A DNA stretch of 64,000 nt from the human T2T-CHM13v2.0 reference genome, Homo sapiens (GCF_009914755.1 NC_060941.1), one strand, 5' to 3'. Shown: positions 46,576 to 64,000, counted from the stretch's first letter. Notes: generated by a model not told the origin, from the letters alone. Translations and numbers: made by a program.

Positions 46576-46968
46576 TACATTAGTCAGCTCAGGCTGTCAT
46601 AACAAAGTTCCTTAGACTGGGTGGATTAAACAACAGAAATGTGTTACTCACAGTTCTGGAGACTGGAAGCCCAAGATCAAGGTGTCAGCAGGGCTGGTTT
46701 CCTCTAAGGCCTCTCTCCTTGGCTTGTGGACGGCATCTTCCCCCTTCGTCTTCACACGGTCCTTCCTCTGTGTGTGTCTGTGTCCTAATATCCTCTTCTT
46801 ATGGAACACCAGTCAGACTGAATTAAGGCCTACCCATATGACCTCATTTTATCTTAATCATGTCTTTAAAGGTCCTGTCTCCAAATACAGTCACCTTGAA
46901 AAGTAATGTGGGGTTAGGACTTCAACATATGAATTTGGGGGTGGGGGTGGACAATTCATCCCTTAAGA
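46576..46968 (-). mobile_element. MLT1B-like MaLR LTR
   Basis: ggctgtcataacaaag...ctcacagttctggag...ggttaggacttcaacatatgaattt. Confidence 0.85.
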
Positions 46969-47619
46969 GTTAGCAATATTATGGTAGGTTTGATTCCAGA
47001 AAGACTGTGTTTGAGGTGATGGCCACACATCCCAAGTATGAACATCCAGCAGGTGTATCACAGACCTGGGCATAAACTTCAGGAGAGAGGCCTTGGCTAC
47101 AAGAGACTAGAAGATCCTGCTTGTCTGCCCTACTTCAGCAGGGCATCCCACAGTGTGTGCTGTCTGGGAAAAGCACAGGCATGGCATCTCACCCTAGGTG
47201 TGCAAGCTCAGAAACTCAATCATATCTATTCAAGTGGTGAGCAAGCCCCCCATCAGTCAGTTCTCTTGCTGAGCCAACCCAAAAGAGGCTGCTTTATAAA
47301 AGAGAGTGTCTATTTAATAATTTACCCACAGAGATTCCTGGCAGGATAATGCACACCAGTCATTTCCATGGGACATGCCTTTTTGTGGACTACTTGGCTG
47401 TCTACCCTTTCCGCCTCCCTGTCACCCCCCAACTGATAATAAGCTTTCTGTGGCTTGGGACTATGTCCCACTCAATTTCATAGCCCTGTTCATTCAGTCC
47501 TAAATGTACCTTACTAATATGTGTATCCTCCCAGCATCTAACACAGTTTCTTTCAGGGGGCAGGTGGTCAATAAATACGCATCAATAGTTAGGCAGAGAA
47601 ATGGGTACTGATCTCTAAC

Positions 47620-48085
47620 AGGTGCACAGTAGTTAAGAGCACAGACTTCTATGATCTGCATCTTGTCTTTACCAAGTATTAGCTGTCTGACCCTCCCTGA
47701 GTAGAATTAGCTACTCCATGCCTCAGTTTCCTCATCTTATCCAATAAGGGTGATACTTTTATCATCCACCTCATCAAGTTGTTATGAGCATTAAATGAGT
47801 TAATATATGTAGAGGGCTTGGAGTAGCACATGGTGCACAGTCGACCTATATGGGTGCTGGGAATTGTTTATATCCATCACGTGCTTGACACATTACCTAG
47901 GTTGTCTCATTAAACCTCCAAACAATGGTTTGAGGTGGATGTTGCCATCCCACCCTAAACAGGAGGAAGCCACATCCGATAAAGGTAAGTAACATCCAGA
48001 TGACTACACAGCTGGCAGGCGGCAGAAACAGAAGGTGAGCTCAGAAGGGCTGAGTCTCATGCCCATTCTCTTCCCACTGCACCAT
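47620..48085. mobile_element. Two MIRs in opposite orientation
   Basis: + copy (gcctcagtttcctcatc) at about 47620-47870; - copy at about 47880-48085. Confidence 0.65.
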
Positions 48086-48119
48086 AAAAGAATTCTCACT
48101 CAAGAATGTTCCCAGCCTC

Positions 48120-48440
<321 letters not shown>

Positions 48441-49059
48441 TCACAGAGAACCCAATAGGCACTAAGAGTCAGGAGGTGAAGCCAATACAGCATCAAGATC
48501 TACCCAAATATAAGGGGGTTCAGAGATGTGATTGTGTCCCAAACCCTACCCTATATGGTTGCAATGCTACGTACTGTATCAACGGCACATCCAAGCTAAA
48601 AAGCTTTTCATGTGCATCATCCAGAAGGCGTCCCTAGCATTCAGGGGCCCAAAATGTCCCCCTTGGCACTCAGCTGAACCATCAGCATGCCAGCAATACC
48701 TATGTAACTCCTACATCTGGAAAGCAGATGACAGCTGGGCTCTCAGCAGCTGGTCAGCAAAGTAGACTGTGACTAGGACAGGTTGTCACTGTGCCTTAGA
48801 GAATCCTAAGCATTCCTTTAGTTCTGGGATGACAAACAGACAGTGTCTGTGCTAACTGTAATTAATTAAAAGTGATTGTCTAGAATCTGTGTTTTCCAAA
48901 GAATTCCATGGCTAAGACTGGGCTCAGTAGAGAAGAGCTCCACTGGGCTCAGTAGAGAAGAGTTTCATGGTTGACTAGTGATGTCTGCCCAGAATACAAG
49001 AGGGAGAGGAGAACACTAGATGAAGGTTTTCCAACCCTTCCTCAGGCCAAGTCACCTTG

Positions 49060-49418
49060 TGATATGGTTTGGCTCTGTGACCTCACTCAAATCTCATCTT
49101 AAATTGTAATCCCCACGTGTCGAGGGGGGACCTGGTGCGGGTGACTGGATCATGGGAGTGGTTTCCCCATACTGGTCTTGTGATAGTGAGTGAGTTCTCA
49201 CAAGATTTGATGGTTGAAAGGTGTGTCGCAGTTCCCCACTCTCTCTCGCTCTCCTGCCATCATGTTAAACGTGCCTTGCTTTCCCTTCACCTACCACCAT
49301 GACTATAAGTTTCCTGAGGCCTCCCCAGCCATGCAGAACTGTCCACTACACCGCTTCTTTTTATAAATTACCCAGTCTCAGGTGGTTTTTTATAGCAGTG
49401 TGAAAACAGACTAATACA
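49060..49418 (+). mobile_element. THE1D/MSTA-like MaLR solo LTR
   Basis: tgatatggtttggctctgtg...tataaattacccagtctcagg...gactaataca. Confidence 0.88.
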
Positions 49419-49559
49419 TCTTTCATTCACTTAGGTATTGAAGAAGCACCTGGTATCCACATACTACCATACTAGAACATGAAAACATGTATATGACATG
49501 GTCCCTGCCTTCAAGAAAAGACACACAGAGGTGAGAAGCCAAACAAAAATATAAATACA

Positions 49560-49741
49560 AGCCAAGCATGGTGGCTGCTGACTGTAATCCCAGAGCTTTG
49601 GAAGGGTGAGGCAGGAGGATCATTTGAGCCCAGGAGTTCGAGGCTGCAGTGACCCATGATCATGCCACTGCATTCCAGCCCAGGTGACAGAGTAAGACCC
49701 CATCTCAAATAAATATACACACACACACACACACACACACA
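49560..49741 (+). mobile_element. Alu monomer (FRAM-like) with (CA)n tail
   Basis: Right-arm-type monomer followed by (CA)n. Confidence 0.82.
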
Positions 49742-49861
49742 AATTGCGTGTTAAGCATGGGGAAAATTCTCTTTTAAAACCCTGTCTACTCAGTTTTTTA
49801 AAGGTTGGGGTCTTCAAGGACTCATTTTTCTCAACATGCCTTAAAAGTACTGTCAGTTGGT

Positions 49862-50179
<318 letters not shown>

Positions 50180-50209
50180 TTATGGAGGCCAAGCTATGCA
50201 AACCAAACT

Positions 50210-50610
50210 ATGAAAAACTTTAAGAGTAAAAGGGACCCTGGATGCCATTTAGCTTGGTCACTTGCCACTACAGAAGCTCCTTCAGCAACAACCCAGCATG
50301 CTTGCTCAGTGCCTTCATCCTCCAGCTGAGGAAGGCTGCCCACTCCAGCCTGATCAACCATGATTGCTAGAAAGTGTTTCCTTGGATTTCACCAAAATCC
50401 TCTTTCTCTCATTTCCATCCAGCTGTCCTAAACTCTGTCTTTCAGGGCCATACAGAACACAAACAACCCCTGCTCAACATGACAGTTTTTCTAATCTCTA
50501 AAGACAGTTTTCATATTGCCCCTCAGTCTTCCCTACTGCCAGTTAAACAGCCCAGGACTTCTAACTATTTTCCAGATGACATGGTTTCAGATCACCTAAC
50601 GTCCTCTGGG
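50210..50610 (-). mobile_element. L3/CR1 LINE fragment
   Basis: agaaagtgtttcctt...cccctcagtcttccct...ttaaacagcccag...gacatggtttc, typical of antisense L3. Confidence 0.55.
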
Positions 50611-50939
50611 TTCCCTTTTTTGGGTCATCTTTCATCTTCTCAACTCAGAGAGGATTTCAGGCTCTATTTAGATTCCTCCTCCCTTATCCTATTGTCAGAA
50701 ATTGCCTCCAGGTAGAAAGCCAAGGCAATTATAGGGTTCTTTTCACTTATGTCCATTTTCCCAGGGATCACAATCATGTACTTCCTGAAATAAGTTATTT
50801 TATGTATCTTGTCCACTTTCTAGTTACTCACAGTGGGAGGATAAGTCTGGTTCTTGTTATCACATTATGGCTGAAAGTGGACATCCACACATGTTCAAAC
50901 AAAGCTTTCAACATTTTACCATTAACTGTGATATTATAA

Positions 50940-52990
<2,051 letters not shown>

Positions 52991-52993
52991 CCT

Positions 52994-54145
<1,152 letters not shown>

Positions 54146-54294
54146 GCCAGAAGATATTTTTAACATGCCAAGAAGACAAAGGTTAAATATCCAGAATATT
54201 TCAAAGATGTCCTATACGCACTACAAAACACTGCTGAAGAGAGCTTGGTGCATTTGAAGAACAACAAAGTGTTTGTTGTGGTTGTAGCAGAGTG

Positions 54295-54296
<2 letters not shown>

Positions 54297-54346
<50 letters not shown>
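54297..54346. repeat. (GT)25 microsatellite
   Basis: Directly visible, uninterrupted. Confidence 0.97.
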
Positions 54347-54350
<4 letters not shown>

Positions 54351-55554
54351 CCCGTCTTTACATGATAAATTCCTTTGACTTAGAATGCCCTTTCACCATT
54401 TTGTTCCTGGAGTTAGAAACTACCTCATGAAAATTAGCATGACCTTCCTTTATGCTTCTCTGGTTTGTATTATATTCTCTATTGACAAATTTTAAAATAT
54501 TATAATTCATTGAGAGTACCATTTTGCCTCCCCCTACTCCCTACTCCAAATATGAGTTTTTCCTGTTTGATTAAACAGCCATTGAGCATCTGTCACAGAT
54601 CCAGCTCTGTTCTAGGTACTTTAGAATAAAGATGAATGCTTGGTTGTTTCCAGGCTATGCTGTAAATTCTAAGGAAGGGGGTTAAGGACAGGATTCTTGG
54701 AGGCAGTATGATGTGATCCCAGAGACAGGAGATAGGAAAAAGATAAGCACATGTTCTAGATGTGTTTAAATTCTCATCAAATAGGAGGCGACGCCATTCT
54801 CTGATGAGGAAGGAGATATGAAATCAGACACCCAAAGAGGCTTTCCAGAGGACATCCTAACTTTTGATAGATGTTTCCACCATCTGGGTGGTGTCCTCTT
54901 CTCCATCCCTCTGTTTTCTCAGAAGCAGCTGCTGGGGTCCCAGAGGGATGCACACAGTGGCTATAGGTGCTCACAGATCCACAGTGAAACACTCTTATCT
55001 AACCCTGGAAGGTTTTGCTGCTTGAAAACCTTTATGCCTTCATCCTAAGATACAAGGTTGCAAATAGCACCAAGAGCTGGAAACAGATGCCAGCTGAAAC
55101 CTAAGAACAGACACAGTGCATGAGCAGTGTCCTACCAGGACCACCACTCGGCTCTTGGCAGTGGCAGCCCTCCTCCTGGCTTCTGGCAATGACCATCAGT
55201 TGCTTCATCTTCTGAAAAGGAAAACTACCCAGTTGGCCAAGCCAGATCTCCAGGAATGAGGTGTCTCTGTCTCCTGCTTTGAGATCAGTCCTTCCACTGC
55301 TCCATCCAGGGAGCCCCAGAGAAAGTAATGTGTGAGTTGAACACACTGGAAATCTGTACCTAGCACAGGTCAGCAGTTGAAAACAGCATGTATACAATGG
55401 CTTTCACCTACACTGTTAAAAGGCGGGCACATGCCCAATAAATGTTTATTGAGTGCCATTAGGTGCCCGGCACTGGGTCATGCACTGACAATGGGAAGGC
55501 GAATGACAAAGATAGGCTTCCTGCTGTCATAGCGTTTACAGACAGCTGGAAGCG

Positions 55555-55950
55555 TGTGATGGTTAATTTTTTGTGTCAACTTGGCTAGTACTGAGTTATT
55601 TAATCAAACACTAATGTAGGTGTTGTTTGCTTTGAAGCTATTTTATAGATGTGGCTAACATCTACAATCTGTTAACACTGAGTAAAACAGATTGCTCTTT
55701 TACTGTGTGGGAATGTCTCAGCCAGTCAGTTAAAGGCCTTATGAACAAAACTAAGATTTTCCTGAGGAAGTAGAAAGTTGACCTCAAGATTGCAACATCA
55801 GCTCCTGCTTGAGAGTTCCAGCCTGCTGGCCTGCCCTACAGAATTTGGATTTGTCAGTTCCCACAACTGTGTAAGCCAACTCCTTGAAATAAATCTCTCT
55901 CCGTGTGTGTGTGTGTGCATGTGTGTGTGCATGCACGCGTGTGCATGCGC
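55555..55950 (+). mobile_element. MLT2D-like ERVL LTR
   Basis: tgtgatggttaattttt.tgtgtcaacttggct...ccagcctgctggcctgccctaca...ccttgaaataaatctct. Confidence 0.85.
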
Positions 55951-56009
55951 CCACGTTCATCTCTGGCACGAGACCCACATACAAAGGTGGTGTCCTAAGG
56001 TGTATGATT

Positions 56010-56260
56010 GGGGAAACTGCATGTGGTGCTTAGCACTGTAAGCCTAAGGCAGACTGTCCAGATAGGAACCTTGGATCCATCATGTACTAGATGCACCATG
56101 ACCTTGGGTCAACTCCTACATTCTCTAACCCTCAGTTTCCTCATCTGTAAAATGGTGGTAGTATCTCCCTCACACGGTCATTGCAAAGAGTCAAAGAGAT
56201 TAAGTATCTCATGATATTTAAGAAGTTAAATGCCCATGACCAACACAGCAAGTAAGTATG
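56010..56260 (+). mobile_element. MIR SINE
   Basis: tgaccttgggtcaa...cctcagtttcctcatctgtaaaatgg. Confidence 0.75.
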
Positions 56261-57166
56261 AAGCCAGGATTTAAACTCATGTTTGTCTGCACTGCGTATG
56301 CCCTTTACCCGCTGCCATATCACCTTGGTCTTTGGGAATTACACTTCAGTTATCAGCTCTTTAACAGACACAGTTGCTGTAGACCACTCCTACATTGTTA
56401 CAGCTTCAACTCTGCTCTACAGAGATGCCTCTTAAATGTATACCTTTGGCCTAATCCTGAGGTTGAGTTCCAGGTTTCCACTGCACTTTGCTAATTTGAT
56501 ATGCTCCATTGGCTTCAAATCTGACATATCTTAAATTCAAGCTCATCATCGAAGCCTCACCATTGACAAGTCCTGGCTTCACCTCTCTCTAGTTATATGA
56601 CCCCAGGAAAGCTACTGATCCCCCAATCCTCAGTTTCCTCACTTGTTAAATGGCAGGGTTTGCCGAGATCAGGAAGCCAGACACATAGCACTCATAGTTC
56701 TTCTTATGTCTGACTGTGTCTACAGTACCTGTCTTGCTTGATCTCTGGTACATTGTGGGTATTATATTGTACTTATTTATTCAGCATCTATTCATTCCCT
56801 GGCACTGATTTTGACTAATTTCACAATAAGATGCATGGATTTAGTCCTAACTCACCACTTGTAGGAAAACCATCATTTCTTACTAAACCAAGTAAATTGG
56901 CTGCTCCAGTATGCGTTGGTTTCATTTACATCATATGTTAGTATATTGCCATCTAGAGGACCAAGTGCAAGCTACAAGCAAGAGAGAACTGGGGCTTGGG
57001 GAGAAAGGCAACATCCTAGAAGAAATGTTTAAAAAACATTAAGACTCATTCGTAGCTGTGTTGGATTTCAACAATTATGTGAAAAAAATAAATAACAGGA
57101 TGTGTTTTAACTATAAATTAGAAATGAATGCTATAGTAAGTTACCGGCTCATAAACTTATGATCTC

Positions 57167-57569
57167 TGTTAAATAAAATTTATAGGAGGTCATTGGTTTG
57201 AAGTAAGTTCCTGCACTAGGCCCCAGTAGACCAAACCAAAATGGAGTTACTCACGGTAAAGTTCCAGGCCACCAAGCCAAAACTACATTGTTATCTGACC
57301 TTCCAAGAAATCAGGAGCGAGAGGGAGATAATAGCCACATCTCCAAACAGCCAGTTTTAGCCTGCCTGATAAGGAAGTCCCCCTACTTTAACCTTCACAA
57401 GGAAAGTAACTTTGAAAAAACCAATCCACTTTGTGTTCTTTGTTTCTGCATTCTTCAGCCTTTTTCTGCCTGTAAATACTCACTGCCCATGTTTCAGAGC
57501 AAAGCCCAATTCCCATGAATCATTCTTTGCTCTGTTACATTTATTTTGTTTAAAGTTTTACTTCTATCA
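57167..57569 (+). mobile_element. LTR54-like solo LTR (ERV1)
   Basis: tgttaaataaaatttataggagg.cattggtttg...cctgcactaggccc...agaccaaaccaaaatggagt. Confidence 0.75.
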
Positions 57570-58846
57570 TCTTTAACTTGTTCTAAACAAAATAAAAAAT
57601 AAAATGAAATCAGCATTCTTTCCTATAATTGACTGTTTTGCTGCATTTGGATTATCCATGCCATATACTAGATGAGAATCTAAATTAAAAGAGGAGCCAC
57701 TTAACTAGGGGTTAGCTCTCCTGACTGCTGCAACTTTAGCTTAGCAATTCGGTTTTCCATCTGAGCAAGTTACCATTATCGAGTGCTTACTGTGGGCTTG
57801 GGACTATACTGAACATTTTACATGAGTTATCTCATTTAATCCTCACAAGCTCCTTCCACCTCAAGAGGGTAAGTATTTACTTGTGCTTATGACTCTCAGC
57901 CTGCTGCTTCATCTGTAAAAATGGGATAAGTGACTTTCTCAAAATCTAAAAAAGGATATTGAACTGGATCCACAACTCAGATCTGCCTGAATCAAATACA
58001 AGTTCTTAATGATTACAGTTTACTAAATACAACAGCTTCTGCATTCTAAGAATGTCACGAGGATGAAACAATTCGTGGAAAGCACTTTTTGGAGAAAAAA
58101 CAATGCTCGAATGCTTACATAACAGAATGTTCACACAAAAAATAGGTGTAAAGTGATGTATATTCTATTGGGATAACCAATCGCTTTACAAAAGCATTCA
58201 GTAAGGATTGCTTTTTCAGTAAACATTAGTGGTATCTTTTCTTTCAATCTGATTCCAGGTTTGTCAATTTTGCTAATCCTTTCAAAGAACCAACTTCTAG
58301 TTTTGTTGTTTTCTCTACTGTTTTTCAAGTCTTTATGTTTTTTCTTTCCTTTCTAATCTATTATTTCCTTCCTTCTGCTTACTTTGATTTACTAGGGTCA
58401 TCTTCTAGTTTCTTAAGATGAAAGGTGAGACTTGATTTGAGATCTCTTGTTTAAAAAAAATAAGTGTTTACTGTTACGGATTTCTCTATAAACACTGTTA
58501 TATATGCATCCCATAAGTGTTGGTATGTTGTGTTTTCATTTTCATTAATCTCAAAGTATTTTCTAATTTCCCTTGTGATTTCTTCTTTGACCCACTGGTT
58601 ATTTAGCAGTATGTTGTTTAATTTTCACATCTTTGTGAATTTCCCAAATTCCCTTGTGTTGTTCATTTCTAATTTAATTCCATTTTGACCAAAGATTATA
58701 CTTTGTATGACTTCGATTATTTTAAATTTATTGAAGCCTGTTTTATGGCCTAACATATAGTCTATCGTGGAGAATGTTCCATGTTCATTTGAGTAGAATG
58801 TGTATTCTGCTGTTGTTGGACAGAGTCTCTACAGATGTCTGTTGGG

Positions 58847-59133
58847 TTTTTTTGTTTGTTTGAGATGGAGTCTCATTTGTCACCCAGGCTGGAGTGCCGT
58901 GGCGTGATCTTGGCTCACCGAAGCTTCCACCTCCCGAGTTCATCCTGCCTCAGCCTCCCAAGTAGCTGGGATTACAGGCATGCGCCGCCACACCCAGCTA
59001 ATTTTTGTATTTTTAGCAGAGACGGGGTTTCTCCATGTTGGCCAGGCTGGTCTCGAACTCCTGACCTCAAGTGACCTGCCCGCCTCAGCCTCCCAAAGTG
59101 CTGGGATTACAGAAATCAGCCACCGTGCCTGGC
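58847..59133 (-). mobile_element. AluSx-like
   Basis: Reverse Alu consensus. Confidence 0.92.
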
Positions 59134-59406
59134 AGATTTAGTTTGTTTATAGTGCTTTTGAATCCTCTTTTTCCTAGTTAATCATCTGCCTACTTCTATG
59201 CATTATTATAAATGAAGTGTTGATGTCTCCAGCCACTATTGTTAGATTTTCTGACTTCTTTACCTTTAACTAGCAAAGCAACTCAGTTTTTCTTTCTAAA
59301 TAAGAGTTATCATTATCAAGTGCTTACCGTGTACCTGGGGCTATGCTTACTCTTTTATGTGGATTATCTCATTTAGTTATTAATAATTATTAAGAGTAAA
59401 TTGTTA

Positions 59407-59711
<305 letters not shown>

Positions 59712-60032
59712 TTAATAATTATTCAATATGGAGAGTTTTGTCAGCTTTTGTTTCATGTTGTGGGATTTTTTAAGTGCATATTTGTTTTTAAGTGTTATGT
59801 TTTTCTGATGAATTGGTCCTTTTACCAATGTGTGATGTCCTTCTTTGTCCCTTGAAACAGTTTTTGCCTTAAAATCTACTGTTTGACATTAGCATAGTCA
59901 CTCCAGCTATCTTTTGATTGCTGCTTGCATGGTATATCTGTTTCTATACTTTCACTTTCTACCTGTGTCTTTGAATCTAAAGTGTGCCTCTTGTAGACAA
60001 CATATAGTTGGATCATGTTTTTTGCCAATCTG

Positions 60033-60335
60033 TTTTTTGTTTTTTGGGTTTTTTTTGGATGGAGTCTCGCTGTCACCCACGCTGGAGTCCAGTGGTGTGA
60101 TCTCAGCTCACTGCAACCTCCGCCTCCTGGGTTCAAGTGATTCTCATCCCTCAGCCTCCAGAGTAGTTGGGATTACAGGTGCCCACCACCACACCCAGCT
60201 AATTTTTGCATTTTTAGCAGAGATGGGGTTTCACCATGTTGGCCAGGCTGGTCTTGAACTCCTGACCTCAAGTGATCCGCTCACCTAGACCTCCCAAAGT
60301 GCTGGGATTACAGGCGTGAGCCACTGTGCCCAGCC
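60033..60335 (-). mobile_element. AluSx/Sz-like
   Basis: Reverse Alu; TSD GC(C/A)AATCTGT(T/C)TTTT. Confidence 0.92.
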
Positions 60336-60995
60336 GCAAATCTGTCTTTTGACTGAATTATTTAACTGGTTTTCTTCTAATATAATTACTGATAAGGTGG
60401 GAGTCACTTGTGGGATATCTGCTCTTTTCCTTTTATGCATCTTATGTCTTTTGATTTAATTTCTCCACTACTGCCTTTTGTATTAAATAGGTATTTTCTA
60501 GTATATCATTTTGATTTCCTTCTTGTTCCTCTTATTGTATTTTTTGAGTTTTTTTTCCTAGAGGTTGCCCTAGGGACTATGATTAATATCTTAACATAAA
60601 GTAGGTTCAGATTAATGCCAACCTAATTTCAATAATACTCAAAAACTTTGGTATAGCTCTATTCCCTTCCTCCTCCTTTGTGCTATTATCATCATACAAA
60701 TTGCATCTTTTATAAGTTATAACCCTATCAACATTATTTCATAAGTACTGCTTTATGTAGTTGTCTTTTAGGTCAGACAGGAAAAGAATTACAAACAAAA
60801 ATACATTTATACTATATTTCATATTTACCTATGTAGTTACCTTTAATGATGTTTTTTATTTCCTCATGTGGATTGGAGTTATTGTCTAGTGTCCTTTCAT
60901 TTCAGTCTGAAGGATGTCTTTTAGCATTTCTTTTAAGGCAGGTCTGCTAGCAGTGAATTCTCTTAGTTTTTATCTGGGTATGTTTTAATTTCCAC

Positions 60996-61281
60996 TTTTT
61001 TTTTTTTTTTTGAGGGTGTCTCACTGTGTCACCCAAGTAGGAGTGCAGTGACACAATCAAGGCCTCAACCTGCCAGACTCAAGTGATCCTCCTGCCTCAG
61101 CCTCCTGAGTAGCTGGGACCACAGGCACATGCCACCACACCCAGCTGTTTGTTGTATTTTTTGTAGAGATGGCTTTTTGCCATGTTGCCCAGGCTGGTCT
61201 CAAATTCCTGGGCTCAGGCAATCCTCCTGCCTCAGCCTCCTAAAGTACTGGGATTACAGGTGTGAGCCACCATGCTCATCC
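60996..61281 (-). mobile_element. AluJ
   Basis: Diverged reverse Alu, CpG-depleted. Confidence 0.88.
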
Positions 61282-62997
61282 TTTCTTATAGTTTTGAAGG
61301 ATAGTTTTGCTGGATCTAAAATTCTCTGTTAAGTTTTTTTCTTTTAGCACTTTGAATATGTCATTCTACAGCCTTCTGACCTCTGTAGTTTCTGATGAGT
61401 GGTAGGCATTTAATCTTACACAGGATCCCTTGTATGTGATAAGTTGTTTTTCTCCTGCTGCTTTAACGACTGTCTTTGTCTCTGGCTTTTGACAGCTTGA
61501 TTGTAATGTGTTTAGTAATAGATCTCTGAGTTTATCCTAGTTATAATTTGTTGATCTTCTTGAATGTGTAGCTCATGTATTTCATTGAATTTGGGAAGTC
61601 TCAGCCATTATTTCCTCAAATATTATTTCTGCCTTTTTCTTTTCATTTTCTGGAACTCCTTTAATGCGTATGTTGGTAACTTGATAAAATGCCACAGATC
61701 CCTCAAGCTCTGTTCACTCTTCATTCTTTTTTCTTTCTGTTCCTCGGACTGGATAATTACATTTGTCCTATTTTCAAATTTGCTGATTCTTCTGCCTGTT
61801 TAAATCTGTAAACCCCTCTAAGAAATTTTTCAGCTCCAGAATTTTTCATGTTTTCTATTTACTGATACTTTCACTTTGTTTATACATTATTTTCCTTTCT
61901 CCTGTTCTTTGTCCACGGTTTACTTTAGTTTTTAAAGCATATTTAAAGGTTGACAAACTTTTTGTTTAATAGATCTAATGTCTGGGTTTTCTCAGGGATG
62001 GTTTCTGTTTTCTAAGTTTTTTCCCCCATATATAGGCGGCTGTAATTGCTGTTTCTTCACATCTTTTGTTGTTGTTGAAAACTGGAAAATTTAAATAATA
62101 TAAGGTGGCAACTCTGCAAATCAGATTTGTCCCACACCCATCTTTGTAGAGTTTGTTACTATTTGTTATTTTTATTGCAATGGTGGTATGTCTAGTACCT
62201 TTCCTCGACTAATTCTGTTTAGTCTGTGTTCTTTGTCATGTTGCAGTCACCAAAATCTCTGCTTGGTTACTTTAGTCTTGAGCATATGATTAGACAGGGA
62301 TTTCCTTAAGTGGTTGAAGCATAAGTCTCTCACCTTTACCTGACTTTCTAGCTCCCAAGAATATTTTGGCACTTTTCAAAGCCTCTGTAGACATCACACT
62401 CCCCTTTTTTTAAGTTTTCTGGCCAGTCTCATTTGTCCCAACTAGTATAGCCATGTCAGGCAACTGTGCTATTTAAATTATTGCCACCAATTGTTTATAA
62501 CAAACAACCTGAGGATAGTTTCCTCATTGAGTGACCTGAGTTGGGTTAAATGAAGACAAGCCCTGTGATTGGGACTATTCCAGGGAGCTGCCAGACAGGT
62601 CAAGGAGTGACAAATCTCTGGGGATGGGGCGTCTTGGATAACTCCAAACCTATCTTGGGGGGACTCTAAATTCCTTCAGTGGTTTCTAGGCTACTGGTTG
62701 TCACAGCTACTGTGGTCTCAAGGTTGCTGATTTTCAAGGCTACTGTGGAGCTGAGAAGAAAATGGGGACAGGACAAGTTAAAACACCACAAACCTTATTG
62801 ATCACGGAAAGTCAGCTTTTTTCTCAAATACATTTTCTTTGGGTTGTTGCAATCGTTTGGTTAATTTCCAGAGTTTAAAAAAGTTTATTTTGATCATTCC
62901 TGCCAGTGTCCTCACTGATTTTATGCAGAATCAGATATTCAAAGATCCATACTCCACCATTCTGGAAATGTTTCTCTATGATTTTTTTAATGGGATA

Positions 62998-63069
62998 TAT
63001 AGGATTTCTCTTAAATTAATATAAGCAGCATCTATAGGATTTCTCTTAAATTAATATAAGCAGCATCTA
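62998..63069. repeat. Perfect 35-bp tandem duplication
   Basis: TAGGATTTCTCTTAAATTAATATAAGCAGCATCTA x2. Confidence 0.97.
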
Positions 63070-63813
63070 CTACATTCACTTAGAACACTAGACATTACCA
63101 ACCATGATAGACCATCTAAATGAGAAAACTGCTTCTCTTCTCAAATTTCATAGAATGTCCATGCTGGTTTCCAAAGCACATGGCATCTACCTTCAGTAAG
63201 CAACACAGAATATTAGAACACCAGAGTTCAAGTTCGTATCTATACACTCTCCAGCTCCAACTAAGAGGGCCTAAGGGACAGACTGTTCATCAATGACTGT
63301 AGACTAATGGTTTTCGCCCCTTCAGGCCCACAGCCACTTTTTATCAGAAATATTTTTAAACATGTTTTATTATTCTAAAACACAAACAATATAACTTACG
63401 TGAGGCATATTTTTAAATCATCTATCATGATTAAAGGTATCTTTAATATCTAACTGTAATGTAACAGAGAAATAAAAGGAAGCAACTTACGGTAATGTGT
63501 AATTCAATCTGGAGATGGCCAAAACTCCTGATGACACAATCATTAGATGCTTGCATATGTACATATAATTACCATTAATGTACCCACTACAAATGCAGAC
63601 TACTGCAGTAGTTTTGACCTGGAACTCAAATGCCATGAGCAATGTTGCCACTAGTGATAGTTTTTAAAATGATAGAAAACTCTTGGTTACGTACTGAACA
63701 AAGACTACAACCTTCCCTCACTTAACTGGTAATTGCATTTTTTAGCAAATCAAGTACTGCAGATCTACAACAAAAATATAAAATGGAGTTATAATCTAAG
63801 CTCAAAAAATTAT

Positions 63814-64000
63814 TGTCAACGTCCACCCGTCAGAGATCATGAGGAACAGATCTGCGGTTGAATCGAGTTGGGTTTATCAACACACTTTTACACAAGAGAG
63901 ATCACACACCATGGGGAACCATGGGGTGCCTCAGTATGAGGGTGCTGGGAAGGGCTTTTTAAAGGATTTGGGGTTGTGTTGGGTGATTTCAAGAAGGGCT
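63814..64000 (-). mobile_element. Probable ERVL-class LTR (MER74/MER89-like), cut off by the window end
   Basis: TG start then gttgggtttat...cacacaccatggggaaccatgggg.gcctcagta; family uncertain. Confidence 0.4.

Overview
Human non-coding genomic DNA: a near-consensus AluYb8 at 8041-8345 is a human-specific subfamily. The window is dominated by interspersed repeats: about 25 Alus, MIR/L2/L3, old L1M fragments, many solo LTRs (MER21, MER54, MLT1, MER34, MER57, MER93, LTR12, LTR16, MST/THE1, MLT2, LTR54) and DNA-transposon fossils (MER30, MER44, MER20, MER5A). I find no intact protein-coding gene. The only recognisable gene-derived sequence is a disabled processed pseudogene of PPIA (cyclophilin A). 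It is the core of a nested insertion: MIR > PPIA retrocopy > solo LTR12C in its 5'UTR and AluY at its 3' end, with every insertion still showing a target-site duplication (TSD). This places a sense-oriented ERV9 promoter 24 bp upstream of a new Kozak-context ATG. A CpG-rich promoter-like region with a strong CTCF motif and a CpG-retaining AluJ lies about 2.5 kb upstream. Other oddities are a near-perfect 89-nt hairpin, an inverted-Alu deletion junction, a 5'-inverted L1MA and an old local templated duplication. Repeat subfamily names come from recalled consensus sequences, not a RepeatMasker run. I cannot name the locus, and nothing here proves a new biological system.
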